From: Blepharisma stoltei ATCC 30299
Taxonomy: Eukaryota > Protista > Ciliophora
Assembly (NCBI GenBank): GCA_965603825.1
Contig: CBFDEM010000058.1
Location: forward strand, 124,001 to 188,000
DNA: 64,000 bases
Direction: 5' to 3'
Part shown: positions 12,437 through 25,636 of the stretch, one piece after another
Numbering within the stretch: position 1 is the first letter of the stretch
How the letters are laid out: each line of letters opens with the position of its first letter
The notes under the pieces: generated by a model
Told to the model about the DNA's origin: nothing
Databases searched by the model: none
What the model saw: only the letters and a program-made list of their open reading frames with translations
Program-made: the position numbers and the translations under genes

Positions 12437-15400
12437 ATGATAACTGGAAGTTTAGAAGGTCAAAACTCAAGCTTTATATATGACTATAAAGGAGCTTGGA
12501 AATCATTCAAAAAGTTCAAAAAAGAATCACTATATAAATTATTCAATTTTTTTTCTGATCTCTATAGCAACCGAGAAGGACCAGAAATGAAATCAACGAC
12601 ACAGAAAGTTGTCGATGTCATTTTAAATTCTATCATCACTTTACAGATAATTGGGCTAAATTGACACCTACAGTCTGACTATGATTTCTTAAAGCCATAT
12701 GAAATTTATTGACAATTGTTTGGATATGCAGGTTTTGATAATATTTGTGCAGACTCAAACTGATTGATTCAATGCTATTATGGTTGCTTACTGATGATAT
12801 CGATGACTGCTTTATTGATTTTTCTTTCTATATTGTGATGTTCAAAAACTAGAAAACTGAGTACAGTCCCAAGATTTTTTCTAAAAAAGTGTGTGGGTTT
12901 TCTCTCTACCATTGGTCTGGTCCCTATATCAACTCTTCTATTATTAGTAATAAAATATTCATCACAAAATAATAGTGAAATTACAGAATATACAAACTGC
13001 GAAAATTGCAATTTGAATTTAGGATCATTGCAAATCCTGGCTTCAATTATTTGCTTATTATTTCTTTTTTGTCTAAGCATCTTTAATGAATTATTTTCTG
13101 CTGAATTAAGACATTCTCAGCGTTCTGAGAATATTAGGTCGAGAGCTCATTCTGGATTAAATATAAAAATGCTTTGGACAACTTATTTAGGTGTCGGATT
13201 TTTTGTGTCATTAAATGATTACAGCAATTCTTATTTCAAAATTATTTTAATTTTTTTCCCTTCCTGAGTGATAATTAGTGCATTTTTTAATCGTCCATAT
13301 TACAATTTTGAAGCCAATTGAATCCTAATAGCAAGAAATGCGACTATTTTATTAACAACCCTAGCTTTTGCATTTGGGGAAACTATCGACGACTCTGGGG
13401 TAATTTTGCTTTTGTTTTTTATAGTAGATCCTTTAATTATCCTCATATTGCTTCACATCTATAATAAAACAGAAAAATTTGTGTCTAGGAGATACGTTAT
13501 ACCTAAATCTCAATACGAATTTGAAATAAGGTTCAGAGACGAGCTTTCTGCTGCACCAAAAGATACCCGGTCTATAGTTTTAAAGTTTTCTAAGGTCGAA
13601 AAGATCCCTCACTTCTATAAAGACAAACTCTTAGTCATATGAGAAACAAATTACTGTTTTTATATCCTAGGTGATGAAAGGTTAGCCCGCGTTAAGCTAA
13701 CAAAAGCAAAAACTGATATATCAAGCATAGAAGGCGATTTCCAAGAATGGCTATTATACAAGTGTTTTGAGGACTCCAATACTGCCCTGTATGAAGACAT
13801 AAATCTTCTTGTCTATTTATTAGAGCTAGAAAAAGTAAAAAAAGATGACAGGATTTTATGTTACTATTTAATAGGTTTTTGAGATGAAATTACGTCAAGA
13901 AATCCCAGAGTCGACAAGCTTCATTTTATCATGAAAAACCTGTCTAAAAAGCTAACAAAAGTAAAAAAAAAATATTCAAGTATCATTGCGAAATTTCCTT
14001 ATAGTGCTTATTCTCATGAGCTGTATGGGACTTTGCTTCAAGATATGCTTGGAGACTATGAAACTAGTGGAAAAATGCTGACAAAAAAAGAAAATTTAAT
14101 GGCGCTTGAAAACCAGCAGCCTGAAGACAAATTTTTCCAATTTTCTGAATTTAATGGATTTTTATTAATTTCTGCTAATAGAGAAAATTTTGGGGTTATC
14201 ACATTTGCTAACCCAAAAGCTTCCCTAATCCTGAAACAGTCCACAGCTAATCTAATGGGTACCAGAATTATAAACTACATCCCGTCTCCTTACGACCAAA
14301 AACACGATTCGTATATGCAAAAATTCATAGAAAACTGCACTAATCCTGATATTGCCATGACTATGGGATTTTTTCTTCAAACTGAGCGTGGGTATCTCGT
14401 TGAATGTAAATTCCAAACAAGGCTGGTCGCTTTAGAGTCAAATTTATATTTTATGACCTCATTAAAGCAAATTCATAAAAGCAGACAAATTGCTCTCTTA
14501 TCAGAAGACGGGTATATTTTAAGTCACAGCGAACTTTTCACGCATTATATAGACGAGTCTATAAATTCTTTTAAAGGTATTCGTATATCTGAATTAATAC
14601 CAGAAATAGATATCAGTGTAATGGATTCTTTTGACCCTTTAACAGTCAAAGTTAAAGGGCATCCACTTGTATTTTCACATATTATTCATAAAACTGGGTC
14701 GACAGTTATGCATGCTCTTTTATTAATTCATGAAAGAAATGAAATGGCTCAGTGACAAAAGCGGGAGGATTATGACCAAATTAATTTTTTTCAAAATTGC
14801 ATTTCGTGCCAAATAATTTCTGAGCCGACTTTGTCTCCGTCTTTAATGGAGCCAAAATCGTGACAGGAAGAAAAAATAGCAAAGCATTTGTCGATCAGCA
14901 ATATTTCGTATGAAAGCATGGCAGTTTATGATAAAGAAAATAATGAGACTAAAACTTTAGGCCAAAAAGAACAGGAAAAGACCTCACAAACGCAGAGCAG
15001 CTATTCTGCAAGCCAGTCAAGTAAGATTTATGTAGGGTTTGGAAATAACATGGTAATTAAATCAGAAAGTGCTTTAAGACTATTTAAATGAACTCTTCTA
15101 GCATCAGTATTTTTTATCTAGATTTTAATTGTGATAGCAGCCAATATTATAATTATGTCATTAATTTACAATCAAATTAGCTACTCAAACAATCTTGGAG
15201 TTATTAAGCGGATAGCAGAAATTTTATATGAGTCAAGCAAAGTTGCTTATTTAACCCGAGCTATGGATGCAGGCTACAAATATAAAATAGTCAATTATAC
15301 ATATTATAAAGAAATGTTCATTGATACCTTTGACGGCTTAACCCTTATCCAAAACCAATTAATAAATGACTATTCAAGATGAAGCAATTGCAAAATCTCG

Positions 15401-16699
15401 TCAAAAATCGCAGATGAAGATATACCAAACTGAAATCCAGACTCAGGCAGAAACCCAAATTATTTGAATCTTTATGATTCTATATCGAAGTCTACAGAAG
15501 CAGTAATATTTATATAGGGGAAAAAGTATATTGAAGCAATTGAAAGCAAGCAAAACTATGGATATTATGAATTTGAATTAATGCTAAACACGTATGGAAA
15601 TATTTATCAAATACTTAATGAGTCTTTTGTAGGGTTTATCGACTGTGAAATCAACACGCTAAAGGAAGCTAATACTATTATTGATGCTTTAACATTTCTT
15701 GGCGTGATAATTGTAGGTCTCTGCTTTATGGCGTTGATTCCTATAACCAAAAAATTCGTCAAAACTTATGATGCCTTGTTGAATTTTGTGAAATCCTTGG
15801 CACAAACGTCATATTTTGAAGTCCATCAGAATATCTTGAACCGGCTTTCTGCAATCCATGATATTTCTCAGGAATTCGACTTCGGGAACCGTTTTAAAGT
15901 GGAAAACGTAAACATTCATTATAAAAATGGGTACAGGATGATAGTGCTATGCGCAATATTTATAGCTATATCGTCCCTTTATTATTTCTTAATCAGCTAT
16001 TGGCTTTATCCCTACCTTCAAGATTACGTTATTAAAAGATACGATTTTATGCAGTGCTGGTATACCCGAAGCGCATATATATCAGAAATTTCTCTTTGAT
16101 CAAGAGAGGTTACCACAAAATCTTTTTACCCTTTATCTGCAATCTTGCCTTCTCATTATGCTTTTAAAGACCCGAATTACGAAATTGTTGATAAAATCAA
16201 TAGTTTCGATAGGACTAATATAGACATTGCAAGCAAAAAATATAGAGAATTGTATTCAAGTAAGCTGAAAAATTATGTTTTTGAGTCACAGCCAAATCCT
16301 GATGATTTATTTTTTAGCTATGGGTCTTATTCGGGGTCTAGTGTGCTAGTTGCTGAATCATATTATAACTCATTTGGAGGAGGCTCTCAGGCTGATAGAA
16401 TAGTTTATTATAATAGAATGAGCATACTTCAAAAATCGATTAAAAATGTTACAGATCAGGCTGATAGCGACTCAAGTGACTTAATAAAAAGCGAGCTGAA
16501 TTTCATGGTTTATATCACAATTGGATACTGCTTTTTTTGCATTGGGCTGTACTTTTGATTGTATATTCCTTATATATATGTGGAGAAGCAAAAACTCATG
16601 AGGCTTCAAGCAATTTCAGCATTGATGCCTTCTCATATAATTCAGAGAAATGAAGACAGCACACAGCACGTATCTTTAGTGTCAAGTAATAAAAATTAA
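12437..16699 (+). CDS. Large multi-pass membrane protein with a PAS domain (TmcB/TmcC-like family), about 1410 aa, two 15-nt introns
   Basis: Eight track ORFs lie in one frame, joined by TGA=Trp and two introns. N-terminal TM helices, an FWDEI helical region, PAS motif ITFANPKASLIL...LMGTRIINYIPSPYDQKHDSYM, and further TM helices. Confidence 0.85.
15107..15121 (+). other. 15-nt spliceosomal intron GTATTTTTTATCTAG
   Basis: GT...AG, A at position 10; removal deletes an in-frame TAG. Confidence 0.9.
15503..15517 (+). other. 15-nt spliceosomal intron GTAATATTTATATAG
   Basis: GT...AG, A at position 10; removal deletes an in-frame TAG. Confidence 0.92.
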
Positions 16700-16910
16700 T
16701 ATATATTTAATTATGAGATAAATTCTTGCTCTTTAATTAAAATTTCATTAATTATTTTTTAAATTATAAATTATTAGTAAAGAAATTAAAAAAACTACCC
16801 TTTCAGGCTAAAATGTCTCAAATCCAACTTTACCTTCAGTTCCATAAGCTCTCAGCTGATTAAATTTACTTTCTAGCACTAATTATAAATTATTATTTTT
16901 ACTGTATTTT

Positions 16911-18255
16911 TTAAAACCTCTGCAAAATCACCTGCTCTTGATTTTCAGTCGTTACAGTCGGGCTTTCGAGTTCCTCCATCACAATTTCGCTCATATTTCC
17001 AAACGTCTCACTTAACCCAAGTCTATTTTCGATATTTTCACTCATAATTTCTCTCTTACACAGACAGCAAAACGTATTTCTTTCGAACCACAAATCAATA
17101 CACCTGGCATGATAAATATGAGAACAAGCCAGTTCTCTTATCATATCAGAATCCTTAAATTTATCTAAACAAATAGCGCAATCCTTGCAATTTGCTTTAT
17201 GCTTTCGCTTTTTAAATGCGATTTTCGGGAAATTTTTATCAATAAATTCTGGTCTTATTGAGTCTTCTGAAACTGTACTTGCTTTATTATGAGTTTTAAT
17301 TTTATATATTGCAAAAATAAGGGTTATAAGGAAAACTGCAGCTGAGACTGAAGCAATTATATAGATAATATTGGAGCTGGAGGAGGATGAAGAGTCTACA
17401 GTTCTTGTGGTTAGTGTAAAAGTGGAAGTGCTGTGGCTTGGGTTGTAGAAGGCAAAATATCAGGGTCCTATGTTTTTAAGGGATATTTTGAACGAAAATG
17501 TGTTGTAGCCGTATTTGTGGGCTTCTGATTCTAATTTGCTAGGGAGGACACTGTTGTACTCGTATAGGTCATAAGGCTTCATATAGATATCTATATATGT
17601 TGAACTAGTAATATTAATTTGTAAATCTTTAGAATAATCTAGCAAGGATAAATCCGCATATTTTCAACAGCAAGAGCTTAATGATAAAGTAGCTTGGATC
17701 TCAAGCGCTAATTTTGTTGATCGAACGGAACAATCTCGACCGATAAAACCTTCTGTACAATTGCAAAGGCCTGAGCTGCATAATCCATTTCCTGAGCAGC
17801 CATTATAGCATGGAATTTCACTAGAAGCTGTTGCATACAATGAATAACTAAAACTTTTTGAGCTAGCTGAGTAAATTCCTAAATATAGATATTTATATTT
17901 AATTTTGCTTGGTATTATTAGATGTTGCTTAGTGGAGCTCATATACCACCCATCATAGTCAACATAACTAGCCGAAGGATAAGAATTTCAATATTCAGGT
18001 AAGCTATTTTTATTTCCACAAAATATGACTTGAACAGAACTTGAAAGAGTGAGTGATATTGAAATATAGTCTTCATAAGCGGCTTTGTCTGTTAAGTTAA
18101 AATAGTTCCATGAGCTGCTTTGTTCTACATCGATTTTTTGATTGAAGGGAAGTGGCACAGCTGTTTTTGACAAACATGTTGTTAAAAATAAGGAAATTAA
18201 AGCAAGTTTCGTCTTGAAATTTATAAACAATAATGAGATTTATTCTACTATTCAT
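16911..18255 (-). CDS. Type I membrane RING-H2 E3 ligase with extracellular EGF-like domain
   Basis: Four track ORFs in one frame via TGA. Signal-like segment, EGF CYNGCSGNGLCSSGLCNCTEGFIGRDC, one TM helix, RING-H2 CAIC...CSHIYHARC...W...CCLC. The start is uncertain and needs a 16-nt intron at 18213-18228. Confidence 0.85.
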
Positions 18256-18568
18256 TAAAGGTTATAGAGAAGATAACTAGTTTGGTTTATTAAAAAAGAG
18301 AAAAATTTTGTGTATTTGGAAAACAAAATTAAGTAATTATCATGAGAAATCAATTATCACAATATTTGTGAGTTTGTAGAAGATGGTAAGGAGAAAATAG
18401 AAATAAGTTTTTGCAATTAAAACAATAATTGAAACAAAAATATTTGTTGAAAATTTATTTTTTTAAATGCCAATAATTAACTGGAATAGATTTTTTAATT
18501 GAGCTAAAATCTAAACGCAGATTAATTTAAATTAGTTAAATAAAGCTACTATGAAGCTTATATCCATT

Positions 18569-19415
18569 TTAAGACTCAATTTTCTCCAAATTTTCTTTGC
18601 CAAAATCAAATTTATAAAAATTCCCATTATTTGCAATATAAAAATTATTCCCATAATACACAGAGCTTACTATAGTATGAAGGTCAAAATCAAAGAAATT
18701 TAATGATAAGATGTTCCAAATTGCCAAATTTCCCTTAACATTTACATAAATTGGCCCAGAAAATGTTATAATATATATCTTTAGCTCATGAACAGATAAA
18801 ATTTTGCATCCAGTTCTAAGAATTACAGGGAGCTGTGAATAGCTATTTACAATTTCATCATATAAATAAAGTGAATCCCAGTAGGTTTCAGTGATTAAAA
18901 ATTTGTCATAATACTTAATACAAGAAAAGTATTCATGAGGACTATTATAAATCAGATTTGGCATTTTAATTCATTTAAAATGCTTTATTGCATTTCCTAA
19001 TTCATCAATCACTCTGCATCTTCTTGAATTATTATATCCTAGAATATAAATATACCCATCACAATAAATAATTCTGTATAAGCTTCTTCTTAAAATTAAA
19101 GACGCTTTATAGTTTTGCTTGTTCAAAAATTGAAATAATATCAGATTTTCTCCTCCTTTATATCTTTCCAATACCAAGAGACTGTCACCTTTAGGAAGAA
19201 TAAATATCCAAGCTCTCAATGCAATATTACCATGGAATGAGAATTTGGCACTCTCTAAATCATAGCTTAATAGCTTTGCATTTGCATTTACTTGACTCCC
19301 CCTCTGTGAGCTAAAAATTTTTTCGCTTAGGATGTTTATTTTCAAAATAAAATAATATCTTTGATTCAATAGGTTTTTGCAGCTTAACTTGGTGAACTTC
19401 GAAATTGTTCATCAT
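18569..19415 (-). pseudogene. Kelch-like family paralog A, frameshifted near the 5' end
   Basis: Close paralog of 19495-20331. The N-terminus KPIESK is out of frame with the body because of about 34 extra nt near 19310-19343. Confidence 0.65.
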
Positions 19416-19494
19416 GATTTAAATATTGTTAATAAGTCAAATAATTTGAGATTTCCAATTTATTTATATTTAATTCTGAATAATGAATCATCTA

Positions 19495-20331
19495 TTAATT
19501 ATTTGGCTTTAATTTCTCTAAGCTTTCTTTATGAAAGTCAAATTTATAAAAATCCCCATCATTTGCAATATAAAATGAGTTTTTATAGTATGTAGAAGTG
19601 ACCATAGCTCATGGATTGGTATCGAAAAAATTTAATGATAATATATTTCAAACAGCCAAATCTCCCTTTAAATTCACATATATCGGACCAGAAAATGTTA
19701 TAACATAAACCTTTAGTTCATGATTGGTCAAAACTTTGCACCCTGTCCTTAGAATCACAGGAAGTTGTGAATAGCTATTTATGAATTCATCATACAAATA
19801 AAGCGAATCTCAACGAGTTTCTGTAATTAGCATTTTATCATAATATCCTATGCATGAGTAAAATTCGTGATTAAAATATTCCATATGTGTACGCTTTGGA
19901 TGAGGCATTCTAATTCAATTGATATTTTCTATAATATTTCCTAACTTATCAACTATTTTGCACCTAAATGCATCACAACCTAGTGTATAAATATATCCAT
20001 CACAATATACAACTTGATAAGAATATGGTCAGGAGCTTCTCCTTAGTCCTATTGATTTCTGATATTCGTAATTACTTAAAAAACTCACAAAAAGTTTATT
20101 ACTGTTATTTAAGTCACAGAATAATCATAATTTTTCATCTCTTGGAAGAGTAAATATCCAGGCTGAACACTTAATATCATAATGATATGAGAGCAGGAAA
20201 CTTTCTATATTATATCTTCACAGTTTTAAAGTTGTATTAAACCTCATATTTCCTTGAATAAAATAAAATAGCTCACTGGATTCAATTGGCTTTTTAAGTT
20301 GGATTTTATGAACTAATATATTGTTCGCCAT
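19495..20331 (-). CDS. Kelch-like family paralog B, 278 aa (absent from ORF track)
   Basis: Open with TGA=Trp. KKPIESS, VYCDGYIYTLG, LYLYDEFINSYSQLP and FYKFDF motifs shared with neighbours. Confidence 0.8.
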
Positions 20332-20598
20332 AATCAAATTACTATCAAATTAATATTTCTCATTTTTTTCAAAAATTAACTAGTTTTAATCTTATTGCAG
20401 GTGGCAGCAGTCTTTATGGCCTGCAATCACAAAGAGATGAAATAAGCAAATAGCTGAATTTTATCCCTTTAACTTTTCCAGGTTTTCAATTATTTTGCAT
20501 TTTCACTACAAAATGTAGCTTCATAGGAGCGCTTTTAAAAAATAAATTAAACAACCAATCTCTACAATCTTTAAACAATAAAAAACTGAATTATAAAT

Positions 20599-21426
20599 TT
20601 ATTTATTATTTTCATCAATTATAATTTCAATTTTTTCTATTTTTACTTTGTCTAGGTTGAAATAATAAAAATTTTTATAATCAGCTATAACAAGAGAGTT
20701 ACCTTTAAATATATAAGTAGATATATCCGGATAATTAATACAGCAAAAATTTTGAGATACAACTTTTCATAATCTCAAATCTCCTAGATTCTCATAAACT
20801 AAACCAGGAAATAAAATAACATAAATTTTGAATTGATGGACCGCTAAAATTTTGTAGCCATTTCTTAAAATTAAAGGTAGCTCAGATCAGCTATTAACTT
20901 TTTTATCGTACATAAAAATTCAATTCTTATAACTGCTAGCAATAAGCATTTTATCAAAAAATCCAACACACGACAAAAATTCAATAGCCCAAAAATGAGC
21001 ACTTTTTGGCATATTAATTATCCGTAACTTTTTGCAAGAATTTCTTTCTATATCAGATATCTTAACTTTTCATGATTTGCTCCCAAAAAAAAGGTATACG
21101 TATTCATCATAATATAGTGCTGAAATAATGGGAGAGTTGTGATTTATCTCTCTCCTTATCCCTTTATGTAAAAATCAAAAAGTAGTAGTATTCTTTCTGC
21201 AGTGGATATCTGATTGGACTAAAAGAATTTCATCATTTGGAAGATTGACTATTTTGATAATATCAAAATCTCCATAAAACACTGCTGATTTTTCAATTTC
21301 TAAATTATAAACTAAAAGCTGTCTTAAATGATAATAATTTGGAGTTGATATCCCAATATATGGTAAATATTTCGATTCGATTGAGTTTTTATGTTCAATT
21401 GCATGAGATAGCAATATGCTCGTCAT
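20599..21426 (-). CDS. Kelch-like family paralog C, 275 aa
   Basis: Open with TGA=Trp. IESKYL, NLPNDEILL and LYYDEYVYLFFGS motifs. Confidence 0.8.
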
Positions 21427-21847
21427 ATTAATTATTTTAATTATTTGTTGGGTTATAAAACCTCATCCATTTTATTTGATTCTAGCTTTTATATCATTTT
21501 TAGATTACCTAAGAGTTAAATAAGCCTCGCAACATAATTTTAAATAAGTAAGAATATAATCTTCAATTAAAAAATATAAAAAGCAATAATTATTCCTAAA
21601 AGTTCGAATAAAGAAATGTTTTAATTCAAAGGAGCGTTAATTTATTTTTTTAATAAATTGATTTAACATTTTATCACTAAAACAATTTATGAATTTTTCA
21701 ATTATAAAATTTATTAAGCTCCAAATCTATTTGCATCAAAATTAAAAATTTTGATCCAAAAAAAAGAAATTTTACATTTTTAAATTTAAAATGAGGATAA
21801 ATAAAATTATCAGCTATATTTATATAAAGTTTTATTTTAATTTTTCG

Positions 21848-22644
21848 CTAATTTTTATTAATTTTTTCAAGTTTTATTTTGTCTAAATCAAAAGAATAAA
21901 GGTTATGATAATCAGCTATAATAAGAGAGTTGCATTTATATGTATAAGTAATTATGTTTTGGTAATTCAAACTGCTGAAATTTAGATATATGATATTCCA
22001 TAGCTTCAAATCGCCTAGATTCTCATAAACTATCCCACAAAATAAAATAATATAAATTTTGAATTGGTAGGAAGCTAAAATTTTATAGCCAAATCTTATA
22101 AACAAGGGTAGTTCAGAACAGCTATTAACTTCTTTATCATATATAAAAATTGTGTTTTTATTGCTTCCAGTAATCAGCATTTTGTCAAAAAAACTGACAC
22201 ATGACAAAAATTCCATATTTCTAAAATCAGCGATTTTTGGCATATTCTTTATTTTTATCTTTCTTTTGGAGTGTTTTGCAAATCAGATATCTTAATTTTT
22301 CATGAATATTCTCCAAAAAAATACATATACCCATCCCAATATGCTGCGGAAAATACTGGAAAATCATGAAATATCTCTTTTCTTGTCCCTTTGTGCAAAA
22401 ATTGGAAAATAAGTTGCTTTTTATAATGCAAATTTAATTTTAGCAGAAGAATTTCGTCGTTTGGAAGATTGAATAATCGGGGATATTGTAAATGTCCATA
22501 AAATTTGTAATTTTTAGTTTCTAAATTGTAAACTAAAGTCTCATAAAGGGAGTCAGAGCTAATTGTATTTCCTAAACAAGGTAAATATTTTGATTCAATT
22601 GGATTTTTATGCTCAATTTTATGAGATAGCAATAAGTTCACCAT
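21848..22644 (-). pseudogene. Kelch-like family paralog D, 1-nt frameshift at about 22265-22280
   Basis: The two halves are in different frames; one missing A in an A-run restores colinearity with paralog E. Could be an assembly error. Confidence 0.6.
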
Positions 22645-22820
22645 GTTAATTATTTTAATAAATAATGGAAATGCATAAAGAATATTGCGTAAGTCTTGAT
22701 ATTGTTAGTTTCATGCTAAATATTAACAATGCTTTCGAAGATCATTATTGATTGAAAAATTATTTTTCATAATAGCAATTAGGCTCTCAATTATTTTTTT
22801 CAATTTATAACGGTATTAAG

Positions 22821-23663
22821 TTAAAATATATTTGTATTTTTAATATTTAATTTCTCAATTTTTACTTTATCTAGATCGAAAGAATAAAAGTTTTCTTCAT
22901 CAGCTATCATAAGTGCGTTAGATTTATAGGCATATGTAACCATATTTGGGTACTTAAGACAGCAGATATCTAAGTCTATAATATTTCATAACCTTAAATC
23001 GCCATGGTTCTCATAAACTCGCCCAGAAAATAAAATAATATAAATTTTGAATTGGTAAGCTGCTAAAATTTTGTCACCATTTCTTAAAATTGGAGGTAAT
23101 ACTGAACAGCTATTAACTATTTTATCGTAGAGAATGATTGAGTTTTTACTACTGCTTGTAATCAGCACTTTATCAAAAAATCCAACACATGACAAAAGAT
23201 CCATATGTGCAATATGGATAATTATTGGCATTATTTTTATTATCCTTCTCATAGTTTTTTTTTGCAAATCAGATATCTTAATTTTTCATGAATGTTGTCC
23301 AAAAAGATACACATATCTATCACAATATTCAGCTGAATGAAATATAGCATCATGATATATTTCTCTTCTTGTCCCTTTATGCAAAAATTGGAAAATAATC
23401 GGCTTTTTTTTACTTAAACTTCATTTTACTAAAAGAATTTCATTATCTGGAAGATTTAATACTTTCATATAATGCAGATCCACATACTGAAATATGCTAA
23501 TTTTATTCAAATCCTTATAGCTCTGAAATATTTCAGTCTCTAAATTATAAATTCAAATATTTGCAAGAAAGCCAGATGTTTTTGATTTTTCGATATATGC
23601 CAAATATTTCGATTCAATTGGATTTTTTCGCTCAATTTTATGAGACAACAACATACTTTCCAT
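22821..23663 (-). CDS. Kelch-like family paralog E, 280 aa
   Basis: Open with TGA=Trp; highly similar to C and D. Confidence 0.8.
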
Positions 23664-23678
23664 ATTAATTATTTATAA

Positions 23679-24644
23679 TTAAATTCCTCTATTATACCAA
23701 AATCCACTATTTGAATTTAATTCTGGCTCCAGCTTGTCCTTATATATCATATGTGGATAGTAAGCCATGCAGGCAGGCGCTACAAAATATCCTGTCACTG
23801 TAGTCGCAAAAATTTCAGTTAATACTTTTTTTATCCCTCCTCCAGGGTAATATCCTATTTTCTTCATAGATAACGCTAACAATACAGGAACAAAACACAG
23901 AGGATATTGCAACCCAAATCTGACAGTCAGGGTTTTTGTGAGACCATCTCAGGCCGCGATTTTACTTTTTCCAATTTCATGGGAATCTTTGTCATATACA
24001 CTGATTCCTTCATATAGCTCTCTATATCTGACAGCTAAAAGATTAAGGTCTCCTGCTATCGCTAAAGCAGTAGCAGGCCCAAAAGTCCTCAATATCAGAG
24101 AATTTCCAGCATATTTTACAATTTGTTTGTCCATTCAGAGGGCTACACATACAGAGCTTATAGTAGCTAAGAAATAAGAAGCTACCAGCTGAGAATTCGT
24201 AAAAGGGTCATTAATGCTCCTATTGCAGTAATTAAAGCCTACGTTATTGGTTTGGTTAAATACCTGCCAAAAAGTAATTGAAAAAGTCGTCTTTTTTGAT
24301 AAAAGCATCCCAATTGAGATTGGGAGATTTATAAGGGTATAGGTGGATAACCGGAATAAAATTGGGATAGGCTCTTTTGTGTCTGGGTGGAATGTTGACT
24401 CTGTGACTCAGCTGGCTTTTCATAACTTGATGTTTGTGTAGCTTCGCTTTAGGGAGTTATTTTTATAGTCGTCAAGAATTTGTCTCATTTCGTTGGCTTG
24501 CGATTTTGTGTAAAATAAGCTTGTTGGGTAGGCCAAGCCAAAAAAGTACATAAATCGGCCGAAAAAAGTAGATTGGTCATATTTTGGACGATCCAAGGAA
24601 AACTCTCCAGGATTGTAACCTATTAGATTATCTATGAAATCCAT
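23679..24644 (-). CDS. Sideroflexin (mitochondrial SFXN/Mtc carrier), 321 aa
   Basis: PKYDQSTFFGRF, FHPDTKEPI..FRLS and FWQVFNQT.NVGFNYCNRS; three track ORFs in one frame via TGA. Confidence 0.93.
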
Positions 24645-24653
24645 TTATTTCCA

Positions 24654-25496
24654 TTACATTTTAAGATTATTTATTTTTTTAATCCCAGTTGCATCAAAAT
24701 TAAAATGATAGACTGCATCTTGTTTTATAAAATACAAAACGCCTTTATTTTTAGCTTTAACTATACTTTCTGTTGAATAATACTCTATAGAATTTGTGCA
24801 AATTATATTTCAGCTATAAGAGTCTGCTATTTGACTTTCATAAATATTTCCTGGGAGATTTATTAAATATAGCTTATTTTGATTCTTCTGAAGTAGTTTA
24901 TAACCGATAGCAAGCTCTAGAGGCAAAACTGAAAAGCTTCTTGTGAAAATATCGTATTCAATCATTTCACAATTCTCTGCGCTTACCAATATTATTTTTT
25001 TAAAAAATCCAAGGAGTGAATATTGATAATTTTTACAAGGAATTTCTGACAATCTTGATCATTTTCTTGTTTTCATGCGCATTTTATGCAGATAAAACTT
25101 TGTAGTAAATCATATGGATTTATCAAAATCAGGATCGAAAATTTCTTTCTTCTCAATCAAAAAAATATTTCCTTCATAATATTCCGCAGCTAAAATTGTT
25201 GAAAATTCTCTCGAAGCTATTAATGTGATTTTAATGCAATCAGAGACAATACAAAGATGATTATCAGCGCTCAGTGAGCTAAATCCTATACTCATGAATA
25301 GTGTTTCATTGTTTGGCAGATTGCATAAATAATAAATCGACGGAAACCCTTTGATGATTTCTTTGGTAAATGATTCCAGGTTGATTTTTTGATATATATT
25401 TTCGAATGAATTTGAGTTCCCTTTACTTGTATAGTTTATGTGTTTTGATCCAAAATCTTCTTCGTCTGAGTATTGTTTTGTTAATAAAATAAGCAT
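24654..25496 (-). CDS. Kelch-like family paralog F, 280 aa
   Basis: NLPNNETLF, EYYEGNIFLI, YDIFTRSFSVLP and VYHFNF motifs; open via TGA. Confidence 0.75.
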
Positions 25497-25636
25497 TTAT
25501 TAATTGATATTATGCTAGATTATTTAAATAATCATTTTAAATAAAACTAAAAATTAATATTTCTATTGAAAATTTACCTCAGCTTGTTTTCACAATTTTT
25601 CACAGATATTTCATTTCAAAAATATAAATTTCAAAG

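Noticed and set aside
20886-20890. TGA in paralog C aligns with Cys (TGT) of paralogs D and E, hinting at UGA=Cys or selenocysteine
   Set aside because: Single variable site (Tyr in A and B). TGAs in conserved genes align with Trp, so a TGT-to-TGA point change explains it.
22256-22285. Euplotes-style programmed frameshift in paralog D
   Set aside because: The shift needed is -1, not +1 at AAA-TAA. A homopolymer indel or assembly error is simpler.
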